A DNA stretch of 64,000 nucleotides from Nitrospirota bacterium (GCA_963740085.1 CAVUCU010000003.1:64001-128000), one strand, 5' to 3'. Counted from the first letter of the stretch, positions 11,342 through 21,691 are shown. The notes: a model not told the origin generated them from the sequence alone. Program-made: numbers and translations.

Positions 11342-12868
11342 CTACGACCGCTGCCACTTCATCCACGCCGTGAACAGCTTCTTGACGAACGGCGTCAACC
11401 TCGTCCGGTTGTACATGTCAGCCAGCCGCTTGATCGCCTCGGCCTGGGTCGGATAGGGATGGATGGTCTTGCCGATGGCCGATAAACCGAGCCCCGCGGT
11501 GAGGGCGAGCGATAGTTCGTTGATCATTTCTCCGGCATGGCGGGCGACGACGGTCGCACCGAGTATGATATCGCTGCCCTTTTTCAGATGCACCCGGGCA
11601 AAGCCCCCGGTTTCGCCGTCCAGCAGCGCGCGGTCGATATCGCTGAGCAGAACCGTCAGGGTCGTCACCTCGAGCCCCTTGTCGCGGGCATCTTTTTCGT
11701 ACATTCCCACATGGGCCACCTCAGGGTCCGTGTAGGTGCACCAGGGGACCACCAGGGAGGAGGTCTTCTGCCTGCCCTTGAACAACGCGTTCGCGATCAC
11801 GATGCGTGCCAGCGCATCGGCAGTGTGCGTGAACTTGTAGGGAAAGCATATGTCCCCGGCCGCGTACACCCGCGGATTTGACGTCTGGAGCATCTCGTTC
11901 ACCTGTACGCCCATCCGCGGGTCGTACACGATGCCCGCTTCTTCAAGACCCAGCCCGTTCACGTTCGGGGCCCTGCCTACGCCGACCAATATCTCGTCTC
12001 CAACCAGTTCCAGGGATTTCCCCTCCTGCTCAAGGGTGATGACCTTGTCAGCACCCCGCCGCTCCGTCTTCAGGATCTTCGTGTTGAGGGCGAGCGTTAC
12101 GCCGTCACGCAGCATGGACTTCTGCACGACCTCGGCGGCATCCGCATCCTCCCGAATCAGCAGGTGGCCGGACGGCTCGATGATCGTCACCCTGCTTCCC
12201 ATGCGGGCAAAGGCCTGGGACAATTCACAGCCGATGGGACCGCCGCCGATCACCAGGAGTCTTTTCGGAAGTTCGGTCAGCCAGAAGACATTCTCATTGG
12301 TAAGGTATCCCGTCTCCTCTATCCCGGGAATTCGCGGGGCTGCCGCCCGCGCGCCGGTGCAGATAGCGGCCTTTTTGAAGTGAAGGCGCAGGCCGTCCAC
12401 CTCGATGCTGTCAGGCCCGGCGAATATCCCCCTTCCGAGAAATACATCTACACCAAGCTCTTTGCTGAACCGATCGAAAGAATCATGATGGCTGATTCCG
12501 GCCCTGATGCGGCGCATCCGCTCCATGGCTTTGCTGAAGTCCATTGTCGCGTTCGCGCCTCCGGTTATCCCATACTCTCCGGCAGTTTTAACTTCATACG
12601 CCGCCCGGCTGGCCCTGATGATCCCCTTGGAAGGGACACAACCCACATTAAGGCAATCACCACCCATCAGATGATGCTCGATGAGCGCGACCTTTGCCCC
12701 CAGACCTGCCGCCCCGGCGGCAGTGACCAGCCCCGCAGTGCCCGCCCCGATCACCACAAGGTTATAGCTCGGAGCAGGCACGGGGTTTTTCCACATCGCG
12801 GGATGGACGTTGTTGATAAGGGCCTTGTTGTTCTCGTCCAGGGGAAGGACCAGGGGCATTTCACCCAT
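11342..12868 (-). CDS. Pyridine nucleotide-disulfide oxidoreductase (MerA/Lpd-like)
   Basis: GAGTAG, GGDCLNVGCVPSK, IHPYPTQAE; no C-terminal Cys-Cys pair. Confidence 0.88.
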   Translation of the reverse strand: MGEMPLVLPLDENNKALINNVHPAMWKNPVPAPSYNLVVIGAGTAGLVTAAGAAGLGAKVALIEHHLMGGDCLNVGCVPSKGIIRASRAAYEVKTAGEYGITGGANATMDFSKAMERMRRIRAGISHHDSFDRFSKELGVDVFLGRGIFAGPDSIEVDGLRLHFKKAAICTGARAAAPRIPGIEETGYLTNENVFWLTELPKRLLVIGGGPIGCELSQAFARMGSRVTIIEPSGHLLIREDADAAEVVQKSMLRDGVTLALNTKILKTERRGADKVITLEQEGKSLELVGDEILVGVGRAPNVNGLGLEEAGIVYDPRMGVQVNEMLQTSNPRVYAAGDICFPYKFTHTADALARIVIANALFKGRQKTSSLVVPWCTYTDPEVAHVGMYEKDARDKGLEVTTLTVLLSDIDRALLDGETGGFARVHLKKGSDIILGATVVARHAGEMINELSLALTAGLGLSAIGKTIHPYPTQAEAIKRLADMYNRTRLTPFVKKLFTAWMKWQRS

Positions 12869-12962
12869 GGAATGGCCTCTCTTTCATCTTCAGACATTTA
12901 TACATGACATTTCGACAGAGGGATACTTAGTATAAGAATAGCATATTTATGAGGGTCAAAGC

Positions 12963-13996
12963 TCAATAGGTCCAGGAAACGTTGATCGCTCCATAGATCT
13001 GCTCATGCTGCTGTGTCTTGAACTGCCTTGTTCGTATTACATAAAAGTAGCTCGCTTTAATTCTGCCATAGTCCAGCGCAAGCCCTGCCATGAGATTCGC
13101 CACGTAACGACTTCTTTTCAACACTCTGGCTGTCCCTGAACGTATTTCCATCAAGGAAGACATCCCGCGATAACAAGCCGTCCGTCGACGCCTGTGAAAA
13201 GGTGAACGCCCCGGATGACCATCATTCATCTGTGCAATATCCGCAGTATTGGTCTCGCATCCCGGCCGGATCGGACAGGTTCCGAAATCAGCCGGCAATT
13301 CCATCCAATGCGGGCTTCCGCGCCGGTATTGATATAGATCTCCGCATTTCCGAAACTGCCACCCAGGTGCGGTATCACGTCGTAGTTAAAGCCCCGGCCG
13401 GTCTCTCTACGAATAACCCGCCACTGAGATTCGATTGTGGCGTTAATAACCAGCTCATTATGGAGCTGATGAGACCAGCCCTCTGCCAGTGGAGTATCGA
13501 TAGCGCGATGAACGAAATTCTGCGTCTTGTCCGCGAAGGAAAGCGGCCCGATCATCCCCGCAAGCAATTCCCAACTCGTACGCTGATCATCCTTCCTGCT
13601 GTGGAATCCGGCGGAAAAATACGTGATCCCGGCATAAGGCCGGTCATCCGGAATTGCATCGGATCGGTGGATATTCGCCGGGGTGTATATGTCCTGACCA
13701 AGCGATAAGGAAACGGCCCGCTGCGACTCGGGACCATGCACGAACGGGAGGTGATTGAAGAAGGCATCGCTCCAATCCGGTAAATGAGCTGATTTCCCGT
13801 CGTTTTTGTATGGCGTACTCAGGGTGAATCTGACCCCGTTGGTATAATCGCGGTCGGTGCCGGAGAAAAAATCGTTTTCCCAGTATACGGTAAAGGTGTC
13901 GAAGAACTTTTCCGGTTCTGCATCGGCCGGTGTGGCGGGAAAGAGAAAGGCAAGACCCACTAAGAGGATGATGGATAATCGGACAACAGGGATCAT
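12963..13996 (-). pseudogene. Lipid A 3-O-deacylase LpxR family protein, frameshifted as assembled
   Basis: WENDFFSGTDRDYTNG, GQDIYTP, DRPYAG, GWxHQL; C-terminal motifs LPADFG, GVHLFTGVDGR, RDVFLDGNTFRDS and YVANLMAG fall in successive different frames. Confidence 0.8.
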
Positions 13997-14048
13997 AGTA
14001 TCTCGGTGTGCATCTCGTCCACCCCGGCGATATAGAGCGTATGACCGT

Positions 14049-15056
14049 TCACTTTTCTTTCTCGAACAGACGTGCCGCATGTGCGGCGGCTCCCAGGAGC
14101 GCTGCCCGGTCGTTCATGATGACCTTAACGGGAATACGCTGAACAATGGGGGTCAGCCGCCCCTTGTCCCTGAAGGCCTTGATGAACGCACCTTCCTTCA
14201 ACTTCCAGATGATCTTCGGGGCGATTCCACCCCCGATGAAGATCCCCTCCGAGGCCATCACCTGGAGCGCAAGGTTGCCGGCCGCAGCGCCGTAAATGGA
14301 TACAAAGAGATCAAGCGTCGCGCCACAAAGCCTGCTTTTCTTCAGCCGGGCCGATTCGGTTATCACCGCGGCAGGATCCTCCTTATTAATCCGCATGCCG
14401 AGCCAGCCGGGTTCCCCGCCGAATTTTCCCGTGTCTCTCAGGAACTGATAGATATTTAAGAGCCCCGCCCCTGACAGCACCCGCTCATAGCTCACATGGC
14501 CGAATCGTTCGAACAGGTACCGGAGGAGGCCGAGTTCAAGGCGGTTCTTGGGGCCGAACTCCACATGTCCGCCTTCTGACGGTGATGGGATATGATGCCT
14601 GCCATCCCAGAACATGATGGCAGCACCGAGTCCTGTCCCGGCGGACAAGAGCGCTTTATTGCCGATGATCTTCCTCCCCCTGTTCAGGGTCGTGAAATCC
14701 CTGCTTTCCATGACATCAATGCCATACGCGTTTGCCACCAGGTCGTTGATGAGGAATACGTTTCCGATCGAAAGTTTGTGCCGGAGGGATTTAACCGAGA
14801 CATGCCAGGGAAGGTTGGTTGCTATCGCCGTGCCCGAAACAATCGGTCCGGCCACGCCGAAGCAGGCCGCGGAAATTGTTTCATCTTCGTGCAGAAATTC
14901 ATCGACAGCGCTTTCAAGACCTTGAATGGCCTTGCTGGATACGACGAGGGAGCGTTTGAGAAGAACACGGTTCGAGGACGCGTGGAACAAGCCGAGTCTC
15001 GTTTTTGTTCCGCCCACGTCTCCGGCAAGTATCATGGGCGATCGCGAAGTCTTCAT
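14049..15056 (-). CDS. glk: Glucokinase
   Basis: LAGDVGGTKT, LINDL, GTGLG, SEGGH, GGGIAPKI. Confidence 0.94.
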   Translation of the reverse strand: MKTSRSPMILAGDVGGTKTRLGLFHASSNRVLLKRSLVVSSKAIQGLESAVDEFLHEDETISAACFGVAGPIVSGTAIATNLPWHVSVKSLRHKLSIGNVFLINDLVANAYGIDVMESRDFTTLNRGRKIIGNKALLSAGTGLGAAIMFWDGRHHIPSPSEGGHVEFGPKNRLELGLLRYLFERFGHVSYERVLSGAGLLNIYQFLRDTGKFGGEPGWLGMRINKEDPAAVITESARLKKSRLCGATLDLFVSIYGAAAGNLALQVMASEGIFIGGGIAPKIIWKLKEGAFIKAFRDKGRLTPIVQRIPVKVIMNDRAALLGAAAHAARLFEKEK

Positions 15057-15147
15057 GGCCTTGCCTCGTGGACGGATAAGTCCCGCTGATGGTTCTTTAT
15101 GCTTTAATCGGGCTGAACAGCAGTTTGTCCCGTATCCGTTCTTTTTT

Positions 15148-15167
15148 TAGCAGGCGACCGCCTGCTA
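15148..15167 (-). promoter_or_regulatory. Putative SECIS hairpin for arsS
   Basis: Minus strand tagcaggc-GGTC-gcctgcta; loop starts 23 nt after the in-frame UGA. Confidence 0.65.
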
Positions 15168-16124
15168 CGCAACGGCGCCCACTCACGTGGACCCCTGCCC
15201 CGCAGTGCATCCATAACAGTGGTTGTCTACCGCAATTATCCGGTTCGACAGCGCGGCATAATCAAAGCTCGAGATATGCTGCGGCGTTTCCGATCCGGTT
15301 GTGAGACCGAGCACCTGATTAAAGTCACAGTCGTAAAGTCTGCCGTCCCATCCCACACTCACCAGCGAACGGCACATGATATTTTCGAGCGTGGCGGGAT
15401 TGAATGCTGCAGCCAGCATTTCCTGATAGCCCTGAAGATCGCCGTTTCTGACGAGTGAATCTCGAAACCTTCCTATCGGCATATTGGTAAAGGCGAACAA
15501 GCGGTCAAACCTCACCTTATAGCGGTTCTTCAACTCCCGTTTATAATCCGCTTCGAGAGCACACTGTGCCGGGGACAGAAACGCCCCGCGGGGATTGTAG
15601 ACCAGGGTGAGCGACCGACCAGACCCGTTTCCGAAGCCCGCGCGATTGAGCACGCGAAGGGCGCTGATACTCCTGCCAAAAGCACCGCTGCCCCTCACCG
15701 CGTCCACGTTCTCTTCGAGGTAGCAGGGGAGCGAAGCGATAAGATCCACGGCATTGCTGCGGTAAAATTCCGGAAGGTCTTCATTCCCCTTGTCCAGCAA
15801 CAGCGACAGATTGGTGCGAACAATGATCCTTTTACCAGTTCTCGCGGCGTGGGTGACCAGCATCCGGAAATGAGGGTTCAGCTCCGGGGCGCCTCCGGTG
15901 ATGTCCAGGGTATCGATGGCATTGTCCTTAAAGACGCGAAGCACTTCTCCGACGATCTCCCGTGTCATTGATTCCGTGCGCGAAGGACTTGCCGATACAT
16001 GGCAATGAGTGCACGCCATATTACACCGGTATCCGAGATTCACCTGGAGCACCCTGACCCCTTTTGCGGTTAACGGTTCTTTGGTAACAGACCGGACCTT
16101 GTCAATAAATTTCGTGCTGTCCAT
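15165..16124 (-). CDS. arsS: ArsS-family radical SAM (seleno)protein; UGA at 15183-15185 read as Sec
   Basis: CNMACTHC, LDITGGAPE, YDCDFNQ, HCYGCTAGQGST-U-VGAVA*; Cys homologs end GSSCGG. Confidence 0.85.
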
Positions 16125-16221
16125 TCAAACTACCCCATCCTTTTATACATCCTGAGATGATGAAATTATAGCACTTTTCCTCTGTTCTGACAGCACTGGT
16201 GCAACGAACACAGCTGTCAAG

Positions 16222-16977
16222 CTAGACAATGATCTTCTTCTTCATGAGCTTAAAAGGGAACGGCGCAAGAAGCGCAACAACAACGACAAGCCATACCATG
16301 CTCCCGATCACCGTATTCACGCTGCCCGCTGAAAAGGCGCGGCAGATATTGACAAGGTGATAAAGCGGAGAAAAAAAAGCGAGACGGGCAACCGCGTTCG
16401 GCATGACATCCAGCGGGAAGAAGATGCCGGAAAAAAGGAACAGCGGGGTCATGAAGAGCGTGTAGAAATAACTGAACGAATCGATACCCGGTACGACAGC
16501 GCAGAACATGACCGAAAGCTCGGCAAAGATGAGGCCGCCCAGGAAGATAAAGGGAGTCGCGAGCAGGATAAGAGGCGACTCCACGAGGCCGAACAGGGCG
16601 ATCACGATCATTATGGTGATCCCGAAGATCACGCTCTTGGTAGCGCCCCAGGCGAGTTCCCCTGCGACAAGATCGTCGAGGTTCACCGGCGTCGCGAGGA
16701 TGGCGTCAAAGGTCTTCTGGAACGTCATCCTGATATAGGTGCCGTAGGTGCACTCGTAGACCGCGGCAAACACCGACGAGGACGCCACAATGCCCGGCGC
16801 AATGAACTTGATATACGGCTGTCCATGGATGTCCTGCACGAACGCCCCGAGACCGAACCCCATTGCCACCAGGTACAGGGCCGGTTCGAAGAAGTTGAGC
16901 GCGAAGCTCGTCTTGTACAGCTTGGTATAGACCAGCCAATGCCGCTGCCAGACACTGAATGCGCGCTTAATCCGCAA
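16222..16977 (-). CDS. ABC-2 transporter permease (NodJ-like)
   Basis: Multiple hydrophobic helices, FIAPG, LFSGIFFP. Confidence 0.88.
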   Translation of the reverse strand: MRIKRAFSVWQRHWLVYTKLYKTSFALNFFEPALYLVAMGFGLGAFVQDIHGQPYIKFIAPGIVASSSVFAAVYECTYGTYIRMTFQKTFDAILATPVNLDDLVAGELAWGATKSVIFGITIMIVIALFGLVESPLILLATPFIFLGGLIFAELSVMFCAVVPGIDSFSYFYTLFMTPLFLFSGIFFPLDVMPNAVARLAFFSPLYHLVNICRAFSAGSVNTVIGSMVWLVVVVALLAPFPFKLMKKKIIV

Positions 16978-17698
16978 GGCTCCTCCCCGTCAGCTTGAGA
17001 TACACGCCTTCAAGGTTGCCGCCGTGCAGCGCCATCAAGTTCGCCGGAGAGTCGATCGTCACGATCTTTCCCGAGTCCATGATCGCCACGCGATCGCAGA
17101 GCTTCTCTGCTTCCTCCATGTAATGGGTCGTGAGCAGCAGCGTGGTATTCCTGAATTTCAGCTGGTTCAGCTTGTCCCAGACCGCCCGGCGGCTGTGCGG
17201 GTCAAGACCTGTCGTGGGCTCATCGAGGATCAGGATCTCCGGGCTGTTCACAAGCGCCCGCGCGAGCAGGAGCCGGTGCTTCATGCCGCCGGAAAGCTGG
17301 TCGATCTTTGCATCCGCCTTGTCCCGAAGCTCCGCGAATTCGAGCAAATCGCGGACGAGACGCAGGATGTCCTTCTTTCTGATATCGAAGTACCTCGCAT
17401 ACACAACGAGATTCTCTGTCACGGAAAGGTCAGGGTCCAGGTTCTCTTCCTGCGGCATGATCCCGAGACGGGCTTTGATGCTGCTTGGCCCGCTGGTAAC
17501 GTCCTCGCCGAAGACCGTCACCGTGCCTGATGTCGGCGGCATGAAACAGGAGATGATGCGCATGACCGTGGTCTTCCCTGCGCCGTTCGGGCCGAGGAAG
17601 CCAAAACACTCGCCTTGTTGAATGGTGAAGTCAATGCTGTTGACGGCCCGGAGGCCGTTGTAGTCTTTTATGAGATTTTGCGCGAGAATGACGTCCAT
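16967..17698 (-). CDS. ABC transporter ATP-binding protein (NodI-like)
   Basis: GPNGAGKTT, LSGGM, LDEPTTGLDP, TTHYMEEAE. Confidence 0.93.
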   Translation of the reverse strand: MDVILAQNLIKDYNGLRAVNSIDFTIQQGECFGFLGPNGAGKTTVMRIISCFMPPTSGTVTVFGEDVTSGPSSIKARLGIMPQEENLDPDLSVTENLVVYARYFDIRKKDILRLVRDLLEFAELRDKADAKIDQLSGGMKHRLLLARALVNSPEILILDEPTTGLDPHSRRAVWDKLNQLKFRNTTLLLTTHYMEEAEKLCDRVAIMDSGKIVTIDSPANLMALHGGNLEGVYLKLTGRSLAD

Positions 17699-17903
17699 GT
17701 GAAATACGAGAATCCCTTTGAAATGCTTATAACCAATTGACAGGCATTTTATAATGATGCTGAGATGGTACTTCGAGATTTGCGGGACTAAAAGACCGTC
17801 ATTCTAGACCCGGCCCGGGAAGCTCCTCATGCGCAGGGGTGAAGCGTGATTTATTGCCACTCTCAAAACGTTTTTCATACCCTGTAACAGTATTTCCGTT
17901 CTC

Positions 17904-18584
17904 TTACACACGGTCTATTAATCTTATCAACAACGACCTGCCCTGATCCGTCACATCTGCGAACTCCACCCCGATGTCGTAATTCGACGGCATCTTATCC
18001 TGCTGCAAGCGACACGAAACAACTTTCCCGACAAAGCAAACAGGATTACAAGCGTTGATTGACAACTCGAGGAGAACGATGCTGTCCATCTTCAATTGAT
18101 GAGCAGTTTGAATAATCACGCCGCTTTGGCTGATTTCTTTTACGCCGAACTCCTCCGGCAAATTCAGGACTTTTTCGTTGGATGTGGTGATGCAAAACCG
18201 GAGATCGCGATAGAACCAGTCAGCCGGCTCCGGCACTTGCGTTTTCCTGTTATCGTCAATTGAATCAAGGAAATCCTTAACCTTGTCCGCTGATTCATCT
18301 TTAAAAAATATTCCTACCGAGTAAACAGTGATTGTTTCCCCATCGGCTTTTTCTTCTATTCCGCTTAGTTCGGAACGAACCACGACACCCTTGACTTTGA
18401 TCTGTTTCCCCTCATGCTCCAACGTCAGCAGACACTCTTTCCCGATATTAAGCTTCTTGTCCGCTTTTAACGCAACTCCGCCCACGCTTATGTCAATAAT
18501 CTTTACTTTACCAACCGGGCTCATCTTGCTGCTCAGGTCGATCAAGTCCAATTTGAATCTCTTGTGTTTCCTCATATTCCGCAT
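17904..18584 (-). CDS. Tandem PilZ-domain protein
   Basis: RKHKR...DISVGG in domain 1; RDLR...EISQSG in domain 2. Confidence 0.8.
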   Translation of the reverse strand: MRNMRKHKRFKLDLIDLSSKMSPVGKVKIIDISVGGVALKADKKLNIGKECLLTLEHEGKQIKVKGVVVRSELSGIEEKADGETITVYSVGIFFKDESADKVKDFLDSIDDNRKTQVPEPADWFYRDLRFCITTSNEKVLNLPEEFGVKEISQSGVIIQTAHQLKMDSIVLLELSINACNPVCFVGKVVSCRLQQDKMPSNYDIGVEFADVTDQGRSLLIRLIDRV

Positions 18585-18654
18585 TAGTAACTCCAGCTGC
18601 CTTCTTCCCTGATTTGGTATTGATGACGAGAATGCTAACCCCTTGTTTATCGGA

Positions 18655-18777
18655 TCAATAAATTTTATCTTTTCGGCGATCTTTGCCCGATCTTCTCTCT
18701 ACGCCGCTTCTCCGCTCAGGACCCTTGTAGTTCGGGTCGTTCAGCTTTCTTCGATCTTCACCTGATCTTCGACTCAT
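18655..18777 (-). CDS. 40-aa Arg-rich peptide, putative c-di-GMP binder (not in ORF track)
   Basis: MSRRSGEDRRKLNDPNYKGPERRSGVERRSGKDRRKDKIY; SD-like ggggtgg upstream. Confidence 0.65.
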   Translation of the reverse strand: MSRRSGEDRRKLNDPNYKGPERRSGVERRSGKDRRKDKIY

Positions 18778-18800
18778 ATCCACCCCGGTTTTGATCAGTA

Positions 18801-19028
18801 TCAGTCTTTCTTTACCTCAACCCCCTCAAGGTCCTTGAGTATCTTCTCGATCCTCTCCCTGAGATGCACCTGTTTGTCATGGACTTTAGCTGACTTCTGC
18901 GCAACATGACGCGTCTGGCTGAGCTCCTTTTCCAGCTCCCGGACGCGCTTCTTCTGAGAGCGGTTTTCCGTCACAAGCGACTCTACCCTTCTCTCGATCT
19001 CGGCAAATTTTTCCGCAAGGCTGCTCAT
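18801..19028 (-). CDS. Small coiled-coil protein, ZapB-like
   Basis: 75-aa heptad-rich sequence ending RERIEKIL; SD gagg. Confidence 0.5.
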   Translation of the reverse strand: MSSLAEKFAEIERRVESLVTENRSQKKRVRELEKELSQTRHVAQKSAKVHDKQVHLRERIEKILKDLEGVEVKKD

Positions 19029-19105
19029 CTCTTTTTCCTCGAAACCACAATCAAAACCGGAGATGCTTTTCTTTGCGAGCTTCGTCTCTTCGCAAGGAAG
19101 TTATT

Positions 19106-21439
19106 TTACTCCGGGGTCCGAAGTCCGAAAGCCTCAACGCCCGCGGTCTTCGCGTAGATCCTTTTATATTCGGCATAATTACGCAGCACTTTTTTTACAT
19201 ATCCGCGCGTCTCGGAATAGGGTATCAACTCGACGAACAGGTCCCGTTCCCCATGATAGCCGTTCTTCGTGATCCACCCCTGGACCGCTTCGGGCCCCGC
19301 ATTATAGGCCGCTGCCACAAGGAGCGGATCGTTGTTGAAACGCTTCATGAGCTGACTGATGTACAAAGTCCCGATGTTTATCGCCGTGTCTGACTCGAAA
19401 AGTTTCTCCCGGTCGAACCCCGAGAACCTGTTCAGCCTGGCAACCCGCTCGCCGGTGGCCGGCATGACCTGCATCAGCCCCCGCGCGCCGGCGGAAGAGA
19501 GCGCATCGGCGCGGAATTGGCTTTCCTCTTTGATGATGGCGGCGATAAAGTAAGGGTCCTGCTTGTACTTTCCGGCATAGGTGACGATGCTCTCCCAGAA
19601 GCCCTTCGGGTAGGCGAGCATCCACAGATCGTCGGACACGCCGGGCGTCGGCCCCTCCAGATAGTGTTCATACTTCCTGAGCACAATGATAAGGGAGTGG
19701 TAATAGTCGCCCATTTCGAAAAATGCCTTGCTCAATCCAATGAGCGGAATGCGCCTTCTCGGCATCCTGTCCTTGAGGGACCACAGTTCGGCTGCGGCCT
19801 CTTTTTTCATATCAAGCTGCATGAGCTCAAGGGTTTTTCCGAGGGAGGGTTCCGCCGCAAGCGTTTGCCTCATCTCTTCCGTCCAGAGGGGCGGTCCGTC
19901 GTCAATATCGAAGGGATACAACGCGCCATCGGGACGCGGCGTCTCCGCTTCCGTCGTCGCAGCACCCGCGTCATCGTCGGCTTTCATGAACAAGTCGTTC
20001 GCCAGGACCGCCTTTCGTTCGACTGCACGGTATCCGTAGTAGGTGTAGGGGCCTGTCTTCAGCACCTGATCGTAGTATATGACCGCCTGGTGAATGTCAT
20101 TCCGCTTTTCGGCCGCCCTGCCCAGCCAGTAGCGGGCCTGATTCACCAGGAACGATCGGGGATAGCGTTTGACCAAATCCTGGAGAATTTGTTCGGCATT
20201 ATCATAGTCGCCTGAGATATAGTTCCACCACGCCTTCCACCAGAGGGCGCTGTCCGCGTACCTGCTGTCAGAATATTCCCGAACCAGTCGGTCGTAGAAA
20301 TAGAGCGCCTTCTGCATGTCGCCTGCTTCCCGGAATATGTTGCCGGTAAGAAAGATCGCGTCATCGCACCACTCACTCTCGGGAAAGCCCTCAAGAAGTT
20401 TCTCGAACGTCTTCGTCCCCCGGTCCCAGTCGCCGAGCTTGCTGTAGGACTTCCCCAGCCAGTACAGCGCCTCGGATGTTCTCGCATCGGAAGGATACTC
20501 CTGTATCATCTTTTCAAGGATGACCGCGGCCTCTGCCCGTTTCCCGAGATAATAAAGCGACACCCCGGTGCGGTACAATGCATCGGAACGTTCCGGCGCG
20601 CCCGGTTCTTTATCAAGGAACTTCATGAACGTCTCGACCGCCTTGTCATGCTGGCCGGCCCGGAACAGGTTCCTGCCGCGTTCGTACAGTTCTGCGGAAG
20701 TGAGTTCGGGGATTTCCGCACCGCCCGCTTTGAGCAGGTTCAGTGCTTTTTCAACGTCCTGGTCGTTCGGATTGCCGGGATACTTGACCCAGACGTCCTG
20801 GTACGCCCGTACTGCCCGGCCAAGATCCGCTTCCGCGATCAGTGCGCGTCCAAGTCCCAGACCCGCGGCGGGGGCGAACTCCGAAAGGGGGTTGTTCTGC
20901 AGGAACGTGTCGTACGCCTCCACCGCCTGCGGGTATGCATAAGATTCGAAGAGCGCCTGCGCGCGCTTGAAGGCGGCACGCGCGATGAGGGAGCTCTTGG
21001 GATATCGCTCGATCACCTGCCCGTACAAGGCGGCCGCCTCCGAATACCGGGAATGTGCGAAATGATAATCCGCCAGGAGCAAGACCGCAAAGTCGGCAAG
21101 CTCGGGGTATTCGGCCTGCGCGCGGAGCATTGCTGCATCGGCCTCAGAGGTCCGGTCAAGCTGGATGAGTGCCTGTTCCGTCAGGAACAATGTCCGTTTA
21201 TACCAGGGAGTGTCCGGATAGAGTTCAATGACCCGGTGCGCAAGGAAGAGCGTGTTCCCGGCATTTCCCGCTTTATAAGCATCTCGTGCCGCCCTGAAGC
21301 CCAGTTCGGCATCGGACACAGGGGCCGCGATTCGTGAAGAAGGCGCACCAGACAAGCCCGGAAGATGAGCCTTTCCGCCTGCGCAAGCCGAAATGATCAG
21401 GAGCCCGGAAAGTAACGCGATGTTTTTCAGGTAACTCAT
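19106..21439 (-). CDS. TPR-containing soluble lytic transglycosylase lipoprotein
   Basis: Lipobox ISAC, many TPRs, IKEES, GLMQVMP, AYNAG, ETRGYV. Confidence 0.9.
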   Translation of the reverse strand: MSYLKNIALLSGLLIISACAGGKAHLPGLSGAPSSRIAAPVSDAELGFRAARDAYKAGNAGNTLFLAHRVIELYPDTPWYKRTLFLTEQALIQLDRTSEADAAMLRAQAEYPELADFAVLLLADYHFAHSRYSEAAALYGQVIERYPKSSLIARAAFKRAQALFESYAYPQAVEAYDTFLQNNPLSEFAPAAGLGLGRALIAEADLGRAVRAYQDVWVKYPGNPNDQDVEKALNLLKAGGAEIPELTSAELYERGRNLFRAGQHDKAVETFMKFLDKEPGAPERSDALYRTGVSLYYLGKRAEAAVILEKMIQEYPSDARTSEALYWLGKSYSKLGDWDRGTKTFEKLLEGFPESEWCDDAIFLTGNIFREAGDMQKALYFYDRLVREYSDSRYADSALWWKAWWNYISGDYDNAEQILQDLVKRYPRSFLVNQARYWLGRAAEKRNDIHQAVIYYDQVLKTGPYTYYGYRAVERKAVLANDLFMKADDDAGAATTEAETPRPDGALYPFDIDDGPPLWTEEMRQTLAAEPSLGKTLELMQLDMKKEAAAELWSLKDRMPRRRIPLIGLSKAFFEMGDYYHSLIIVLRKYEHYLEGPTPGVSDDLWMLAYPKGFWESIVTYAGKYKQDPYFIAAIIKEESQFRADALSSAGARGLMQVMPATGERVARLNRFSGFDREKLFESDTAINIGTLYISQLMKRFNNDPLLVAAAYNAGPEAVQGWITKNGYHGERDLFVELIPYSETRGYVKKVLRNYAEYKRIYAKTAGVEAFGLRTPE

Positions 21440-21603
21440 TTTTTTGAGAGGTCGTCTTCAACTGCAGCAACAACCTGCATATTATAATATAGTCCCTTGC
21501 CGGGCATGTCAATAGCAGTTATGCCTGAGACCGGGCAGACTATCGCCCTGAAAATGTCAGGATTCAGTCTGCTCAGAACGGCGAGAAAATCTTGAGGACT
21601 TAT

Positions 21604-21691
21604 CGCGAATGAGACGAAAACGAAGAATTACCCAAATAAAACCGGAAGATCTGTTTTTTTCGTGACATTCGGGTAATTCGTGAAATTCGCG
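21604..21691. repeat. Intergenic imperfect inverted repeat (cgaat/attcg variant)
   Basis: cgcgaat...cgaa... / ttcgtgaca ttcgggtaa ttcgtgaaa ttcgcg (9-nt period). Confidence 0.6.

Noticed and set aside
11342-12868. Mercuric reductase merA / mercury resistance
   Set aside because: No C-terminal Cys-Cys pair, no N-terminal metal-binding domain and no mer operon genes.
18791-18804. FNR-like site ttgatcagtatcag
   Set aside because: One mismatch, overlaps a stop codon and lies too close to the next start; insufficient support.
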